A DNA stretch of 62,961 bases, filler included, from 5 parts of 5 records of this genome joined end to end with filler, not necessarily neighbours in it, one strand, 5' to 3'; shown: positions 20,184 through 30,752, counted from the whole stretch's first letter. Notes: generated by a model not told the origin, from the sequence alone. A program made the numbers and translations.

Positions 20184-21950
20184 TCAGGCCCCGCCTTCTC
20201 TATTCGGTTGTCCAGCCTTCGCTTCTTTGCTCTTACCCTGACCTATGGCAATCTGCCCGTCTTGTAATGCCCGCATTACATCATCTCTCTGCCCAAAGCC
20301 CGCAACCTGGCCCTCAGAAAGAACCAGCATTTTGTCTACCAACCTCAAAATCGGTTTTCGGTGGGTAATCAGAACAACAGTGACTTTGCGCTTTTTCAGC
20401 TCTTCCAACGCAGCCAACAAGGCCGCCTCACCCTGATCATCAAGGTTGGAGTTCGGCTCATCCAAAACCACGAGACTGGGCTCGCCGTATACAGCTCTGG
20501 CAAGACCGATACGTTGTCTCTGACCACCGGACAGCACGCCACCGACGACGGCTATCGGCGTGTCATAACCCTTCGGAAGGCGAAGAATCAGCTCATGAAC
20601 GCCCGCCAGTTTTGCCGCAGCGACAACTTTTTGGGGGTCCACGCTGCCAAAACGGCAAATATTCTCACTGATGGTTCCTTCAAAAAGCTCAATATCCTGA
20701 GGCAGGTAACCGATAAACGGGCCAAGCTGAGCTTTATCCCACTGATGGATATCGGCGCCATCAAGCCGAACCTTGCCATTCGCTACCGGCCAGACACCTA
20801 GCATAGCTCGGGCCAAAGTGGACTTGCCCGCCGCGCTGGGCCCCACAATCGCCAACATATCGCCTTTACTTAGCTGGAAACCAATGCCTCTTAGTGCCGG
20901 AGCCTGAGCAGCCGGAGGAATAACCACCAAAGACTCGATACTCAAATCACCCTCGGGCGGAGGAAGTGGCATAGAGTGAGTTTCTGAATAGTAACCCCTG
21001 AAAAGCTCCTGAAGCCGCTCGTAGGCAGATCTTGCCCCGGAAAAACCTTTCCAGGAACCAATCATAAGATCCAGAGGAGCAAGGGCTCGCCCCATGAGTA
21101 TTGAACCAGCAATCACCATCCCCGGCGTAATCTCCTGCTCAATTGCAAGATAGGCGCCCAAGCCAAGCATCAAAGACTGAAACATCATTCGCAGTGTTTT
21201 CGACGCGTTAGTCAGGATGCCTGCACGGTCACTCGCTTCTCCCTGGTTCAAGAGAAAGTCGAGATGGTAATTGGCCCAGCGCTTTTTGAGATTGTTTTCC
21301 ATACCCATTGCGTGAACCACCTCAGCATTTCGGAGACAGGAACTCGCATATTGAGTCGACTGGATATTTGCCTTTCCCGCATCTGCTAGCATTTTGCCAG
21401 TCAGTTTCTCGTTGGCGTAAGCCAATGCCATGAGGATCAGTGCAGCAACAATTGCAAAAACACCGAACCAGGGGTGGAACATGAAGAGAACGGCGATAAA
21501 GATTGGCAACCAAGGCCCATCAAAGAAGGCGATTGGCCCTTGCCCTGTCAGGAACTGCCTCAACGTTGTCAAATCATTGAGCGGCTGCGCGCCCTGCCGC
21601 TCCGGCCGGTCGATCGCTTGCCGAAACATGGATGAGAATATTTTTGCTCCGAGCTGCTTGTCCATGTGATTGCCAACCCGGACCAAAACAGCAGAACGCA
21701 CCATCTGAAGTAATGCCAAAGTCACAAACAAGCCGACGACGACCACCGTGAGCATTAACAGCGTTTCTTCACTCCGACTGCCTAGCGCCCGGTCGTATAC
21801 CTGCAACATATAGATTGCCGGCACAAGCATCAGAACATTGATAAAAAGGCTGAAAACGCCAACGGAGAGGAAGCCGCGTTTACAGTCTTTCAGCGCCTTC
21901 TCGAGCTCCGTAGGTTCTGTCTTCTCGGGATTGGCTGTATTGGACGACAT
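20184..21950 (-). CDS. PrtD/AprD/RsaD-type T1SS permease-ATPase
   Basis: 'NVLMLVPAIYMLQVYDR', Walker A 'GPSAAGKST', 'LSGGQRQRIGLARA', 'LDEPNSNLD'. No C39 peptidase domain. Confidence 0.93.
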   Translation of the reverse strand: MSSNTANPEKTEPTELEKALKDCKRGFLSVGVFSLFINVLMLVPAIYMLQVYDRALGSRSEETLLMLTVVVVGLFVTLALLQMVRSAVLVRVGNHMDKQLGAKIFSSMFRQAIDRPERQGAQPLNDLTTLRQFLTGQGPIAFFDGPWLPIFIAVLFMFHPWFGVFAIVAALILMALAYANEKLTGKMLADAGKANIQSTQYASSCLRNAEVVHAMGMENNLKKRWANYHLDFLLNQGEASDRAGILTNASKTLRMMFQSLMLGLGAYLAIEQEITPGMVIAGSILMGRALAPLDLMIGSWKGFSGARSAYERLQELFRGYYSETHSMPLPPPEGDLSIESLVVIPPAAQAPALRGIGFQLSKGDMLAIVGPSAAGKSTLARAMLGVWPVANGKVRLDGADIHQWDKAQLGPFIGYLPQDIELFEGTISENICRFGSVDPQKVVAAAKLAGVHELILRLPKGYDTPIAVVGGVLSGGQRQRIGLARAVYGEPSLVVLDEPNSNLDDQGEAALLAALEELKKRKVTVVLITHRKPILRLVDKMLVLSEGQVAGFGQRDDVMRALQDGQIAIGQGKSKEAKAGQPNREGGA

Positions 21951-22110
21951 AAATGATTACCCGCACTGAAGGGAAAGAGAGAATACCGCACCTTATTAGC
22001 GCGACCGGGCTGGTTGAGGCGAGCCATTCTATGGACGCCCTATCCGGGTGTCAACGCAGTGGGTCACGCCCTCATACCCAGCGAGCCTTGGGACAACAAG
22101 GGGAACTCAG

Positions 22111-22135
22111 ATGAACGCCGCCCCTAAATTACAAG
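22111..22135 (+). CDS. Possible start of a divergent gene cut by the contig end (MNAAPKLQ...)
   Basis: AAGGGGA RBS-like sequence followed by ATG. Only 8 codons are visible. Confidence 0.35.
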
Positions 22136-22235
22136 NNNNNNNNNNNNNNNNNNNNNNNNNNNNNNNNNNNNNNNNNNNNTTAATTAATTAANNNNNNNNN
22201 NNNNNNNNNNNNNNNNNNNNNNNNNNNNNNNNNNN
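22136..22235. other. Artificial contig linker
   Basis: N44 + TTAATTAATTAA + N44. Confidence 0.98.
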
Positions 22236-22237
22236 AT

Positions 22238-23467
22238 GGCGATGATTTCACCGCCGAAGACGTGGTGCATAACTTTGATCGTTGGGCCGATGGCACGGTC
22301 GAGGGCAATTCGATGGCCACCCGCGTGGCAGCACTACAAGACCCAGACACCAAAAAGCTGCGCCCCGGCGCGGTCGAGGTGATCGATGCACATACCGTGC
22401 GGCTCAATCTGGCCCAATCCGATATCAGCATCATTGCGGGCCTGTCAGATTACCCCGCAGCCGTGGTGCATCGCAGCTATACGGGCGGTGATTTGCTGGA
22501 CAATCCCATTGGCACCGGCGCCTATCTGCCGGAAAGCTATGCCGTGGGCGAAAAGGGCGTTTTGGTGCGCAACCCCAACCACGACTATTGGCGCGAGGGC
22601 GGCTGGCTGGACCGCATCGAATTTGTCGATCTGGGCACCGATCAATCGGCCATCTTGGCCGCAGCCGAGGGCGACGAGATCGACCTGACCTATCGCACCG
22701 ATGGCGATTTCGTGGCAGCCTTTGATGCCATTGGCTGGCAACCAACCGATGTGGTGACAGCCAACACATTGGCGGTGCGTTTCAACCAATTGGGCGCGCC
22801 CTATGACAACCGCGATGTGCGCCGCGGCATTCAACTGGCCGTCGATAATGCCAAGGTGCTGGAATTGGGCATTGGTGGGCTGGGCCTGCCGGGGGAAAAC
22901 CACCACGTCTGCCCCGTGCACCCCGAATACGCCACCCTGCCCCCGCTCGAGGTAAACCCAGACCGGGGCCGCGAAATGGTGGTGGCCGCGGGCCATGGCG
23001 ATACCGAATTTGAACTGACATCGCTAGATACCGAATGGCAGCGCAACACCTGCGATGCCATTGCCGCACAAATGCGCGATGCCGGGCTAAACGTGAAACG
23101 CACCATTCTGCCTGGCGCAACATTCTGGAATGATTGGCTGAAATATCCGTTCTCGGCCACCGAATGGGGCCCGCGCCCCTTGGGCATTCAGATCATGGCG
23201 CTGGCGTATAAAAGCGGTGTGGCATGGAACGAAAGCGCCTTTGCCAATGAAACATTCGACAATTTGCTGGCCCAAGGCCTGTCGATTGCCGATGCCGACA
23301 AACGCCGCGAGGTCATGGCGCAGATGCAGCAGATCTTGCAAGACGAAGGCGTGTTGATCCAGCCCTATTGGCGCTCGGTCTACAACCATTCGAACGGCAA
23401 ATTCGCCAATGTGAACGTGCACCCCTTCTATCAGTTGGATCTGCACGATATTTACATGCAGGGCTAA
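22238..23467 (+). CDS. ABC transporter substrate-binding protein, family 5 (peptide/nickel type), 5'-truncated
   Basis: SBP_bac_5 motifs 'FTAEDVVHNF', 'PIGTGAY', 'PYDNRDVRRGIQLAVD', 'DADKRREV'. Confidence 0.9.
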   Translation, partial: GDDFTAEDVVHNFDRWADGTVEGNSMATRVAALQDPDTKKLRPGAVEVIDAHTVRLNLAQSDISIIAGLSDYPAAVVHRSYTGGDLLDNPIGTGAYLPESYAVGEKGVLVRNPNHDYWREGGWLDRIEFVDLGTDQSAILAAAEGDEIDLTYRTDGDFVAAFDAIGWQPTDVVTANTLAVRFNQLGAPYDNRDVRRGIQLAVDNAKVLELGIGGLGLPGENHHVCPVHPEYATLPPLEVNPDRGREMVVAAGHGDTEFELTSLDTEWQRNTCDAIAAQMRDAGLNVKRTILPGATFWNDWLKYPFSATEWGPRPLGIQIMALAYKSGVAWNESAFANETFDNLLAQGLSIADADKRREVMAQMQQILQDEGVLIQPYWRSVYNHSNGKFANVNVHPFYQLDLHDIYMQG

Positions 23468-23486
23468 TCAGCCCCAGCCCAGTGAT

Positions 23487-23513
23487 GCGCCCGTGCCCCT
23501 GCGGCATGGGCGC
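23487..23513. terminator. GC-rich hairpin between convergent genes (probable terminator)
   Basis: GCGCCCGTGCC-cctgc-GGCATGGGCGC forms an 11-bp stem with one G-U pair. Confidence 0.55.
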
Positions 23514-23563
23514 GTTCAAAGACAGCGCACAGCAGAAAAACACGCGTGCTTTTCGCTATGGCC

Positions 23564-23911
23564 CTAGCGCTGCGCTGGCAAAAACGCCTCGATCGCGGCG
23601 GCGGCCATGACAATGGATTGCCCCGTGCCGGGGTGGCGCGAATTCAGCCCGCCCTTTTCCACCCGCACCGTGACATTGGCATCGCCAAACAGCCCGGCAA
23701 TGGCGGCAGGATCTACCTGTTCGGGGGCCTGCACGCCGATTGTTACAACGATACGCAGCGCATCGCGCTTGATCCCCGGCACTGACAGAATATGCAAAGA
23801 CGAGCGTTGGCGCGCATTTTCCACCGCGCGCATGGCCGCCTTGGTATAGTTTTCGCCATGCAGGTCGTTGCCCATACCCATTTCGATAATAAACCGCTGG
23901 TCAGCCATCAC
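23564..23911 (-). CDS. Lin0512 family protein (canonical copy)
   Basis: Motifs 'IIEMGMGNDLHGENYTKAAMRAVENA' and 'VEKGGL'; about 115 aa. Confidence 0.85.
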   Translation of the reverse strand: MMADQRFIIEMGMGNDLHGENYTKAAMRAVENARQRSSLHILSVPGIKRDALRIVVTIGVQAPEQVDPAAIAGLFGDANVTVRVEKGGLNSRHPGTGQSIVMAAAAIEAFLPAQR

Positions 23912-24252
23912 TGCGCCTCCAGATCAAGCGATACAGAAATCGCCGCAAGGGCCATAACATTGGGCGGGCCGCTGGGGCGGGGCACATCCAAACCGCCCTG
24001 CACCACCACCACCCGCGGCTGACCATAGGGGAATGCCGCCTCGATCTGGGCGCAATCCACCATATCGGGGCGGGCCACACCAATTTCCACATCCAAGATC
24101 ATCGCCTCTTTCGGGGCGCCAAACAGCTCGGCCAGGTTGATCGAGTTGCGCCACAGCGCATCACGCACCGCACACAGCGCGGCTTGGGTATAATCTTGGC
24201 GGCGCAGCGAGGTGCCGATGCCAAATTCGGTAAGCAAGCGTGTTTCGGGCAT
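23908..24252 (-). CDS. Lin0512 family protein (divergent copy)
   Basis: Motifs 'LTEFGIGTSLRRQDYTQAALCAVRDALWRNSI' and 'FPYGQ..VVVVQGGL'. The stop overlaps the start of the second copy. Confidence 0.85.
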   Translation of the reverse strand: MPETRLLTEFGIGTSLRRQDYTQAALCAVRDALWRNSINLAELFGAPKEAMILDVEIGVARPDMVDCAQIEAAFPYGQPRVVVVQGGLDVPRPSGPPNVMALAAISVSLDLEAQ

Positions 24253-24368
24253 TGGGCCATCCTGCAGCTGGGGGCAACGGGCGAAACTTGGCCCAGCTTG
24301 GGTGCAGGTTCAAGGCCAAAGGGCTGGTGGCCCGCCCAATGGGGCCACCAGCAGGCCTGTGCGGCGGG

Positions 24369-25406
24369 TTAGTTTTTCAGCTCGGTCCAGATGCGGTCGT
24401 AAATTTCCTGAACTTGCTGATCGCAAACCTCGATGAACACGCCCGGCCCTGCATTGGCGGGCGGGTTCGATTCTGGCTGGCTGGCCAAGCTTGGGTCAAG
24501 AAAGGGCGCCACGCCATCGACCCCGGCAACATAGCGGGCATAGTTTGAAACCGCCGCGATGTTTTCAGGCTCTAGCAGAAAGTCCATGAATTTAATGGCG
24601 TTTTCGCGGTTGGGCGCGTCTTTCAGCAGCACCACATTATCCATCCACACCACATAGCCTTCGCGCGGGAATGCGTATTCAATCGGCGCGCCCTCTTGGC
24701 GGGCCTTGGCGCCGAAGCCATCGTAAATTTGGCCCACGGCCGCATCGCCAGACACCAGCACCTCTTTTGCGGTATCTGAATTGAACGAGGCCCAATGCGT
24801 TTTGGCCTTTTGCAGCATATCGTTCAGCGCCTTCAGCTGCGCACGATCGCTGGAACATTGCGGAATACCCAAATGCAGCGCGGCCATGGCCATAACCTCG
24901 CCTTGGCTGTCCAGCATGTTGATTTTGCCCGACAATTCAGCAGGCGGGTCAAACAAGATGGCGGTTGTGTTGATATCGCCAGAAAACACCTGGCGGTTCA
25001 CAGCAAACGAGGTCGAGCCCCACTGATAGGGGATCGAGTGCTGGCGGCCCGGGTCAAAGCTGGGATCTGCCCATTGCGGCAAGATATTGCCTTTGTTTTT
25101 CAACTCGCCATCGGCGATGGTATCCAGCAGCCCCTCGCCCGCCATGATTTGCACCATATAGTCGCCGGGCACGGCCACATCATAGGTGCCCATCGCCCCC
25201 GCCTTTAGCGCGGCCAGCAGCGCCTCGTTGCTGTCGTAGGTATCCATCACGATCTCTACGCCATTTTCGGCGGCAAACTTATCCAGCAATTCCTGCGGGA
25301 TGTATTCGAACCAATGGTAGATCACCAGCTTGCCATCGGCCAAGGCGGCACCGGCAGACAGGCACAGCGCGGCCGCAGCCACGGTGGATTTGATGAGTGA
25401 TTTCAT
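24369..25406 (-). CDS. PotD/PotF-type polyamine/amine ABC substrate-binding protein
   Basis: Signal peptide; motifs 'WFEYIPQELLDKF', 'YDSNEAL', 'PYQWGS', 'WMDN..LLKDAPN'. GGAGG RBS before ATG 25406. Confidence 0.9.
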   Translation of the reverse strand: MKSLIKSTVAAAALCLSAGAALADGKLVIYHWFEYIPQELLDKFAAENGVEIVMDTYDSNEALLAALKAGAMGTYDVAVPGDYMVQIMAGEGLLDTIADGELKNKGNILPQWADPSFDPGRQHSIPYQWGSTSFAVNRQVFSGDINTTAILFDPPAELSGKINMLDSQGEVMAMAALHLGIPQCSSDRAQLKALNDMLQKAKTHWASFNSDTAKEVLVSGDAAVGQIYDGFGAKARQEGAPIEYAFPREGYVVWMDNVVLLKDAPNRENAIKFMDFLLEPENIAAVSNYARYVAGVDGVAPFLDPSLASQPESNPPANAGPGVFIEVCDQQVQEIYDRIWTELKN

Positions 25407-25423
25407 GACAACCTCCATGTTGG

Positions 25424-26233
25424 TCATTTGTTTGTGTCCCTTTGGCTGATCAGCCAAGACAGTGTGACCATCACCACCGACACCCCAAGAAGCATTGTGG
25501 AAATAGCCATGATATTGGGCTTTATGCCCTGTTTGACCGCGCCAAAAATCGCGGTTGGCAGGGTTTCAACCCCTGCACCTTTGACAAAATTGGTGATGAT
25601 GAAATCATCCAGCGACACGATAAAGGCCAACAGCCAGCCGCTCAGGATACCGGGCATCATCAAGGGCAGCAGCACGCGGCTAAAGGCCTTGGCGCGGGTG
25701 GCGTAAAGATCCATCGCTGCCTGCTCGTATGTGGCCTCGATCCCTTGCATACGCGCGGAAATGGGCAAATAGGCAAAGGGAATGCAAAAGGCGATATGGG
25801 CCAATAAAATGGTCAGCAACCCGCGATCAACGCCAATGGCATTGAAAAATATCAGCGTGGCCACCGCAGTTACGATTTCAGGCACCATCAGCGGCAGCGA
25901 AATCAACCCAAATGACAGCATGCGCAGGCGAAACCGCCCACCGCGCAACAGCGCGGTTGCGGCAAATGTGGCCATGGCGGTGGAAACCGTGGCCGCCACC
26001 AGGGCAATAACAAAACTGTTGCGCGCGGCGGATTTGAACTTGTCGCTTTCCGCGCCGGTGAACACCTCGACATACCAGCGCAGCGATAGCCCCTCCCAGT
26101 TTGTGATCGAGGCCGAGGCGTTAAAACTGTAAGCGGTTACCACCAATAGCGGCGCATAAAGCACAAACAGGCAAAACAGCGTCACCGCTTTGAAACTGGG
26201 GTAATGGCGCAAATCATAGCGGCGCATGGCCAT
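25424..26233 (-). CDS. PotC/PotI-type ABC permease
   Basis: Motifs '[12 protein letters not shown]', 'EQAAMDLYA', 'SLDDF', 'TLPTAIF'. Confidence 0.9.
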   Translation of the reverse strand: MAMRRYDLRHYPSFKAVTLFCLFVLYAPLLVVTAYSFNASASITNWEGLSLRWYVEVFTGAESDKFKSAARNSFVIALVAATVSTAMATFAATALLRGGRFRLRMLSFGLISLPLMVPEIVTAVATLIFFNAIGVDRGLLTILLAHIAFCIPFAYLPISARMQGIEATYEQAAMDLYATRAKAFSRVLLPLMMPGILSGWLLAFIVSLDDFIITNFVKGAGVETLPTAIFGAVKQGIKPNIMAISTMLLGVSVVMVTLSWLISQRDTNK

Positions 26234-26234
26234 G

Positions 26235-27155
26235 TTAATTGCCCCCCTTTGCCTGTTGGCGCGCAAATATCAGCAAGACAATCATCACCAGTGTCAGCAA
26301 GATCATCGAAGCCGCCGCACCAAATGGCCAATTGCCGGCATTGCCTTTGAATTGCTCTTCGATCAGCGATCCAATCATGAAATTCTTGGCGCCCCCCAAC
26401 AAATCGGGCGCCAAAAACGAGCCAAGCGAGGGCACGAAAACCAAAATGCAGCCCGCTATAATGCCCGGCTTGACGCTGGGCAAAATGATGCGGCGCAAAA
26501 TCACCCAGCGCGTGGCGTAAAGATCGGCTGCGGCCTCGGACAGGGCAAAGTTATAGCGCTCGACCGCGGCATAAATGGGCAGCACCATGAAAGGCAGATA
26601 GGAATAAAACAGCCCCAATTGCACAGCGAAATTGGTGTTCACAATCGCCAGCGGTTCCGAGATCAGCCCCGTGGCCTGCAAAAAATCATTCAAAGGCCCC
26701 TGATCGCGCAGCAGGAATTTCATGGAAACCGTGCGGATCAGCAAATTTACCCAATAGGGAATGGTGATCAAAAACACCCAAAGCGCGCGCTGCTTTGCGG
26801 GGCGTGTGGCAATGAAATAGGCCGTTGGAAAACCGATCAGCAAGCTGAACAGCGTGGCCAAACCGGCCTGCCAGATCGAGCGCCAAAAGATCGAGATATA
26901 GGTCCATTGCAACACGGGCGGCGCGTCGCCGAAAAGGCCGCGATCGAAAAAGAACTGGTCATAGGCGGCCAGCGTAAATTCCCACACCACACCGCCGCGG
27001 AACTCTTTGGTTAGAAACGAATACAGCGCCATCATCGACACCGGCGCCAAAACCAGCACCAGCAATGTCACCCAGGACGGCAGCAGCAACCAAAGCCGCA
27101 CAGGCGCGAATGTGTCGCTTTGCGATGCGCCGCTGCTTTGCCCGCCCCCTGCCAT
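26235..27155 (-). CDS. PotB/PotH-type ABC permease
   Basis: Motifs '[10 protein letters not shown]', '[10 protein letters not shown]', 'EAAADLYA', 'NWPFGAA'. Confidence 0.9.
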   Translation of the reverse strand: MAGGGQSSGASQSDTFAPVRLWLLLPSWVTLLVLVLAPVSMMALYSFLTKEFRGGVVWEFTLAAYDQFFFDRGLFGDAPPVLQWTYISIFWRSIWQAGLATLFSLLIGFPTAYFIATRPAKQRALWVFLITIPYWVNLLIRTVSMKFLLRDQGPLNDFLQATGLISEPLAIVNTNFAVQLGLFYSYLPFMVLPIYAAVERYNFALSEAAADLYATRWVILRRIILPSVKPGIIAGCILVFVPSLGSFLAPDLLGGAKNFMIGSLIEEQFKGNAGNWPFGAAASMILLTLVMIVLLIFARQQAKGGN

Positions 27156-28252
27156 TATGACACCAAGAGGCGCCCTGCCCCTTGCTCTGCGTTGATCACC
27201 ACATCTGTGCCAGGCTCAAAGACCCGTGCATTGCCACGCGCCGAATTCGAGGCGCGGATGGTAAAGCTGGGCCCCTGATCCAGCGCAACGATGGTGGTGA
27301 TATCTGTGCCGATAAAGATATTTTCCCGCACCCGCCCCCTGAGGCCACCGGGGGCGGCATCGGCCTTGGTTAGAAACAGCCGCTCGGGGCGCAGCGAAAG
27401 ATGCGCCTTTGCCCCCACCTGCGCCCCTGTTACCGCCTGGCAGTGCAGCACATGCCCGCCGGCCATCTGGCAGCTGGCATGCGCCTGGTCTATCTGCGTC
27501 ACCATCACCTCGATCAGGTTTGTGTCACCGATGAAATCGGCCACAAAACGGTTGACGGGGCGCTCGTAAATATCGCGGGCCTGGCCCAGTTGCTGCACTT
27601 GCCCCGCCGACATCACCGCGATGCGGTCTGACATGGTCAGCGCTTCTTCTTGGTCGTGGGTGACGAAAATAAAGGTGATGCCGGTTTCGCGCTGTAGATG
27701 TTTCAATTCCAGCTGCATGGCTTTGCGCAGCTTCAAATCCAGCGCCGATAGCGGCTCGTCCAACAGCAACACCTTAGGCTGGGGCGCCAAGGCCCGCGCC
27801 AAGGCCACGCGCTGTTGCTGGCCACCCGATAGCTGGGCGGGTTTTCGCGCGGCAAATTGCGCCAGTTGCACCATATCCAGCACCTCTGCCGCCCGCCGCC
27901 GCGCCTGCGCCTTGCCTTGGCCCAGCATTTCCAGCCCGAAACTGACGTTTTCCAAAACGTTCATATGCGGAAACAGCGCGTAGTTTTGGAAAACCGTGTT
28001 CACGGGCCGCTGATAGGGCGGCAAATTTGCGATGGGCTGGCCAAACAGCATGATCTCGCCGGCGCTGACATCTTCAAACCCCGCAATCATCCGCAAAAGC
28101 GTGGTTTTCCCGCATCCCGAAGGGCCAAGCAGCGTGAAAAATTCGTTATCTTCAATGGCCAAAGACACATGCTTTAGCGCGGTGAAATCGCCATAGGTTT
28201 TCACGGCGTCGCGAATATCGACAGCAATGGGCCGATCCGGTTGCAAATGCAT
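27155..28252 (-). CDS. PotA-type ABC ATPase
   Basis: Walker A 'GPSGCGKTT', 'VFQNYALFPH', 'LSGGQQQRVALARA', TOBE C-terminus. Confidence 0.92.
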   Translation of the reverse strand: MHLQPDRPIAVDIRDAVKTYGDFTALKHVSLAIEDNEFFTLLGPSGCGKTTLLRMIAGFEDVSAGEIMLFGQPIANLPPYQRPVNTVFQNYALFPHMNVLENVSFGLEMLGQGKAQARRRAAEVLDMVQLAQFAARKPAQLSGGQQQRVALARALAPQPKVLLLDEPLSALDLKLRKAMQLELKHLQRETGITFIFVTHDQEEALTMSDRIAVMSAGQVQQLGQARDIYERPVNRFVADFIGDTNLIEVMVTQIDQAHASCQMAGGHVLHCQAVTGAQVGAKAHLSLRPERLFLTKADAAPGGLRGRVRENIFIGTDITTIVALDQGPSFTIRASNSARGNARVFEPGTDVVINAEQGAGRLLVS

Positions 28253-28528
28253 CTCCCCCGCTTTTTGCCGCGCACAAACGACCAGCACCGCACTGCCCGC
28301 TGGCCATACCAACAGACTAGGGAAGGAACACCGCAAACCCAAATAACGGTGTGCCACAGCGATTGTTAGGATTTGGCTAAGCTAGCCACAAACAGGCAAT
28401 CGCGCCCCTGCCCCCGCACCGGCAAAGCCACAGGCACAAACAGGCGGCGCGGATTTGGGCATAGCGGTGAAAAACCGGGCATCTGCCATATGGCAGGCCG
28501 CGCCTTTCGCCGAATCGCAAACGCCGGC

Positions 28529-30598
28529 CTAGATATCGGCCAGGGCCGTGATTTCACGCCGAAATGGCAGCGCATCGCCAATATCGGGCCCATCCAATTC
28601 CCGCGCATAGCGATGCCCGGCATAGGTGGCCCAGGCAATGGGGCCCGGCGCCTCGGCATCGCCAATGCGCTGCACCGACAAAATGCCCGCATCGCCCCAA
28701 TCGGCCTGGCGCGCCATCAAACCGTGAAACAGCGCGTCATTTGGCTGGCGCGAGGCCACAACAACCACGGCCTGCGCGGCAATTGGTGTGATCTGATCGG
28801 TATAGATGCAATTGCTATCCACATGATCAGATCCGATGGCCACAACCCCGCGATTGAGCACAATATCAACCCCCATCAGCGCCAAACGGCGGTGGATGCT
28901 GTGCTGCTCTAGGGTGTTCACCGTCCAATCCGACACATAGGCCGCGGGGGTAACCAGCGTGACTGCGCAGCCCTTGTTTTGCAAAAGCTCGGCCAAAACA
29001 CCGCCCATGTAATAGTGATCATCGTCATAGATCACCACATCGCCCTGGGGCAAACGGCCCGCCATGATATCATCGGGGGTGAACACCGGCATCACGGGAT
29101 CTATCGGCATTGGGGCCACATGCTGGCGGCTGACACCATCGCGCCGCCATGTGCTGCCTGTGGCGATGCAGATATGCTGAAAGCCAAATTCCAAAATGTC
29201 CGCTGCATCAAGATGGCTGTCGAAATATATGTCTACATTGGTTTTTTTGCCAATTTGATAGGCGCGGTAATCGGCCACGCGCCCCCAGGCCGAAAGGCCG
29301 GGCAACAGCCGCTCTTTGGCCACACGCCCGCCCAAAACGGTGCCCGCCTCGGCCAGCGCCACATCATAGCCACGCTCGGCCAGGGCGCGGGTGGCCTCTA
29401 GCCCGGCAGGCCCGGCGCCCACCACCAACACCGATTGGCTGGGGCCTTTGGCATTCATCCGCTCGGGGTGCCAACCCTTGCGCCATTCCTCCATGAAGGT
29501 GGGGTTTTGCGTGCAGCGGCTGATCGACATGGTCATATCGCCCGTGATGCAAATATTGCAGCCGATACATTCGCGGATATCATCGATGCGGCCCTGATCG
29601 ATTTTTTGCGGCAAAAACGGGTCTGCGATCGAGGGGCGCGCGCAGCCGATGGCATCTAATGTGCCACTGCGCAGCATGCGCGCCATCACATCGGGCGAGG
29701 TAAAGCGCCCCACCCCCACAACCGGCTTTTGCGACAATTCGCGAATGCCCGTCACCAAGGCCTCTTGCGCAGCCTCGCCCTTGAACCGCGAGGGGCCAGA
29801 ACACTCTTCCCAGGTGCCATGGGCCAAATCCCACAGATCGGGCAAATCTTTGTTCATCTCGATGAAATCGCGCAATTCGGCGTTTGAAAAGCCCAACGCG
29901 CCAATGGTTTCATCCAGCGACACCCGCATGGTGATGCCCATGCTATCGCCCACGGCTGCGCGCATATCTTCGATAACCTCACGCGCAAACCGCGCGCGGT
30001 TTTCCAGGCTGCCGCCATATTCATCGTCGCGCATATTGGTGGCGCGGCTGAGAAAATGTTGAAAAATGCCAAAGCCATGGGCGCCATAAAGGCAAATCAG
30101 GTCAAAACCCGCGGTTTTGGCCCGTTTGGCCGCATTCACAAACCAGCGCCGCAGGTCTTTGATATCGTCTTTTGTCAGCGCACGCGCTTGCACCGGGTCG
30201 TTGGTAAAGGTGCGAATGGGCCCGCCCGATACCGCCAGGGGCACCTCTTTGGTGTAAAAATTCGGGCCATTTATGCCGGAATAGGCCAGCTGAATGCCTG
30301 CCAGCGCGCCATGCTCTTTCATCTTATCGGCCATACGCGCCAGCATGGGAATGTCTTTGTCTTCCCACAGGCGCAGCTCGATAAAGGGGGTGATTTCCGA
30401 GCTGTGGTGCATTTCTGTCTGTTCGGTGAAAATCACCCCCCAGCCCCCTTCGGATTTGATACCGCGCATCGCGGCTGCGGCAGATGGGTCGCGATAGCCC
30501 GCCCCGTTGCAATGGGGCACCTGATAAAATCGGTTCTTGGCCGTGACGGGGCCAATCTTCAGCGGCTCGAATAAGATATCGTAACGGGGATCGCGCAA
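28529..30598 (-). CDS. Histamine dehydrogenase-like iron-sulfur flavoprotein (TMADH/HADH family)
   Basis: 'NRFYQVPHC' (Cys for 6-S-cysteinyl-FMN), 'PFIELRLW', 'YGAHG', 4Fe-4S motif 'CIGCNIC...RCTQNP', ADP-binding 'VVGAGPAG'. Probable TTG start after GGAG. Confidence 0.85.
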   Translation of the reverse strand: MRDPRYDILFEPLKIGPVTAKNRFYQVPHCNGAGYRDPSAAAAMRGIKSEGGWGVIFTEQTEMHHSSEITPFIELRLWEDKDIPMLARMADKMKEHGALAGIQLAYSGINGPNFYTKEVPLAVSGGPIRTFTNDPVQARALTKDDIKDLRRWFVNAAKRAKTAGFDLICLYGAHGFGIFQHFLSRATNMRDDEYGGSLENRARFAREVIEDMRAAVGDSMGITMRVSLDETIGALGFSNAELRDFIEMNKDLPDLWDLAHGTWEECSGPSRFKGEAAQEALVTGIRELSQKPVVGVGRFTSPDVMARMLRSGTLDAIGCARPSIADPFLPQKIDQGRIDDIRECIGCNICITGDMTMSISRCTQNPTFMEEWRKGWHPERMNAKGPSQSVLVVGAGPAGLEATRALAERGYDVALAEAGTVLGGRVAKERLLPGLSAWGRVADYRAYQIGKKTNVDIYFDSHLDAADILEFGFQHICIATGSTWRRDGVSRQHVAPMPIDPVMPVFTPDDIMAGRLPQGDVVIYDDDHYYMGGVLAELLQNKGCAVTLVTPAAYVSDWTVNTLEQHSIHRRLALMGVDIVLNRGVVAIGSDHVDSNCIYTDQITPIAAQAVVVVASRQPNDALFHGLMARQADWGDAGILSVQRIGDAEAPGPIAWATYAGHRYARELDGPDIGDALPFRREITALADI

Positions 30599-30752
30599 GG
30601 GGTGCTCCATCTTGGCTGGTGGGGTGATGGTAACAAAGAACACCAAGGCGCCAAGACCGCGCTGCGGAAGCATTGATTAGGAAGCAACTAATTGATCCCC
30701 CCTGCCTGGCGCTGTGATAAAGGCGGGAAAGCACACCAAAGGGGCGCGCGCG

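Noticed and set aside
2146..21950. RTX protein (contig A) as the cargo of the T1SS (contig B)
   Set aside because: The two are separated by a linker and apparently come from different taxa, so their adjacency is artificial.
28529..30598. Calling the flavoenzyme trimethylamine dehydrogenase or 2,4-dienoyl-CoA reductase
   Set aside because: The covalent-FMN Cys motif argues against FadH, and the substrate-region motifs look closer to histamine dehydrogenase. The substrate is left unassigned.
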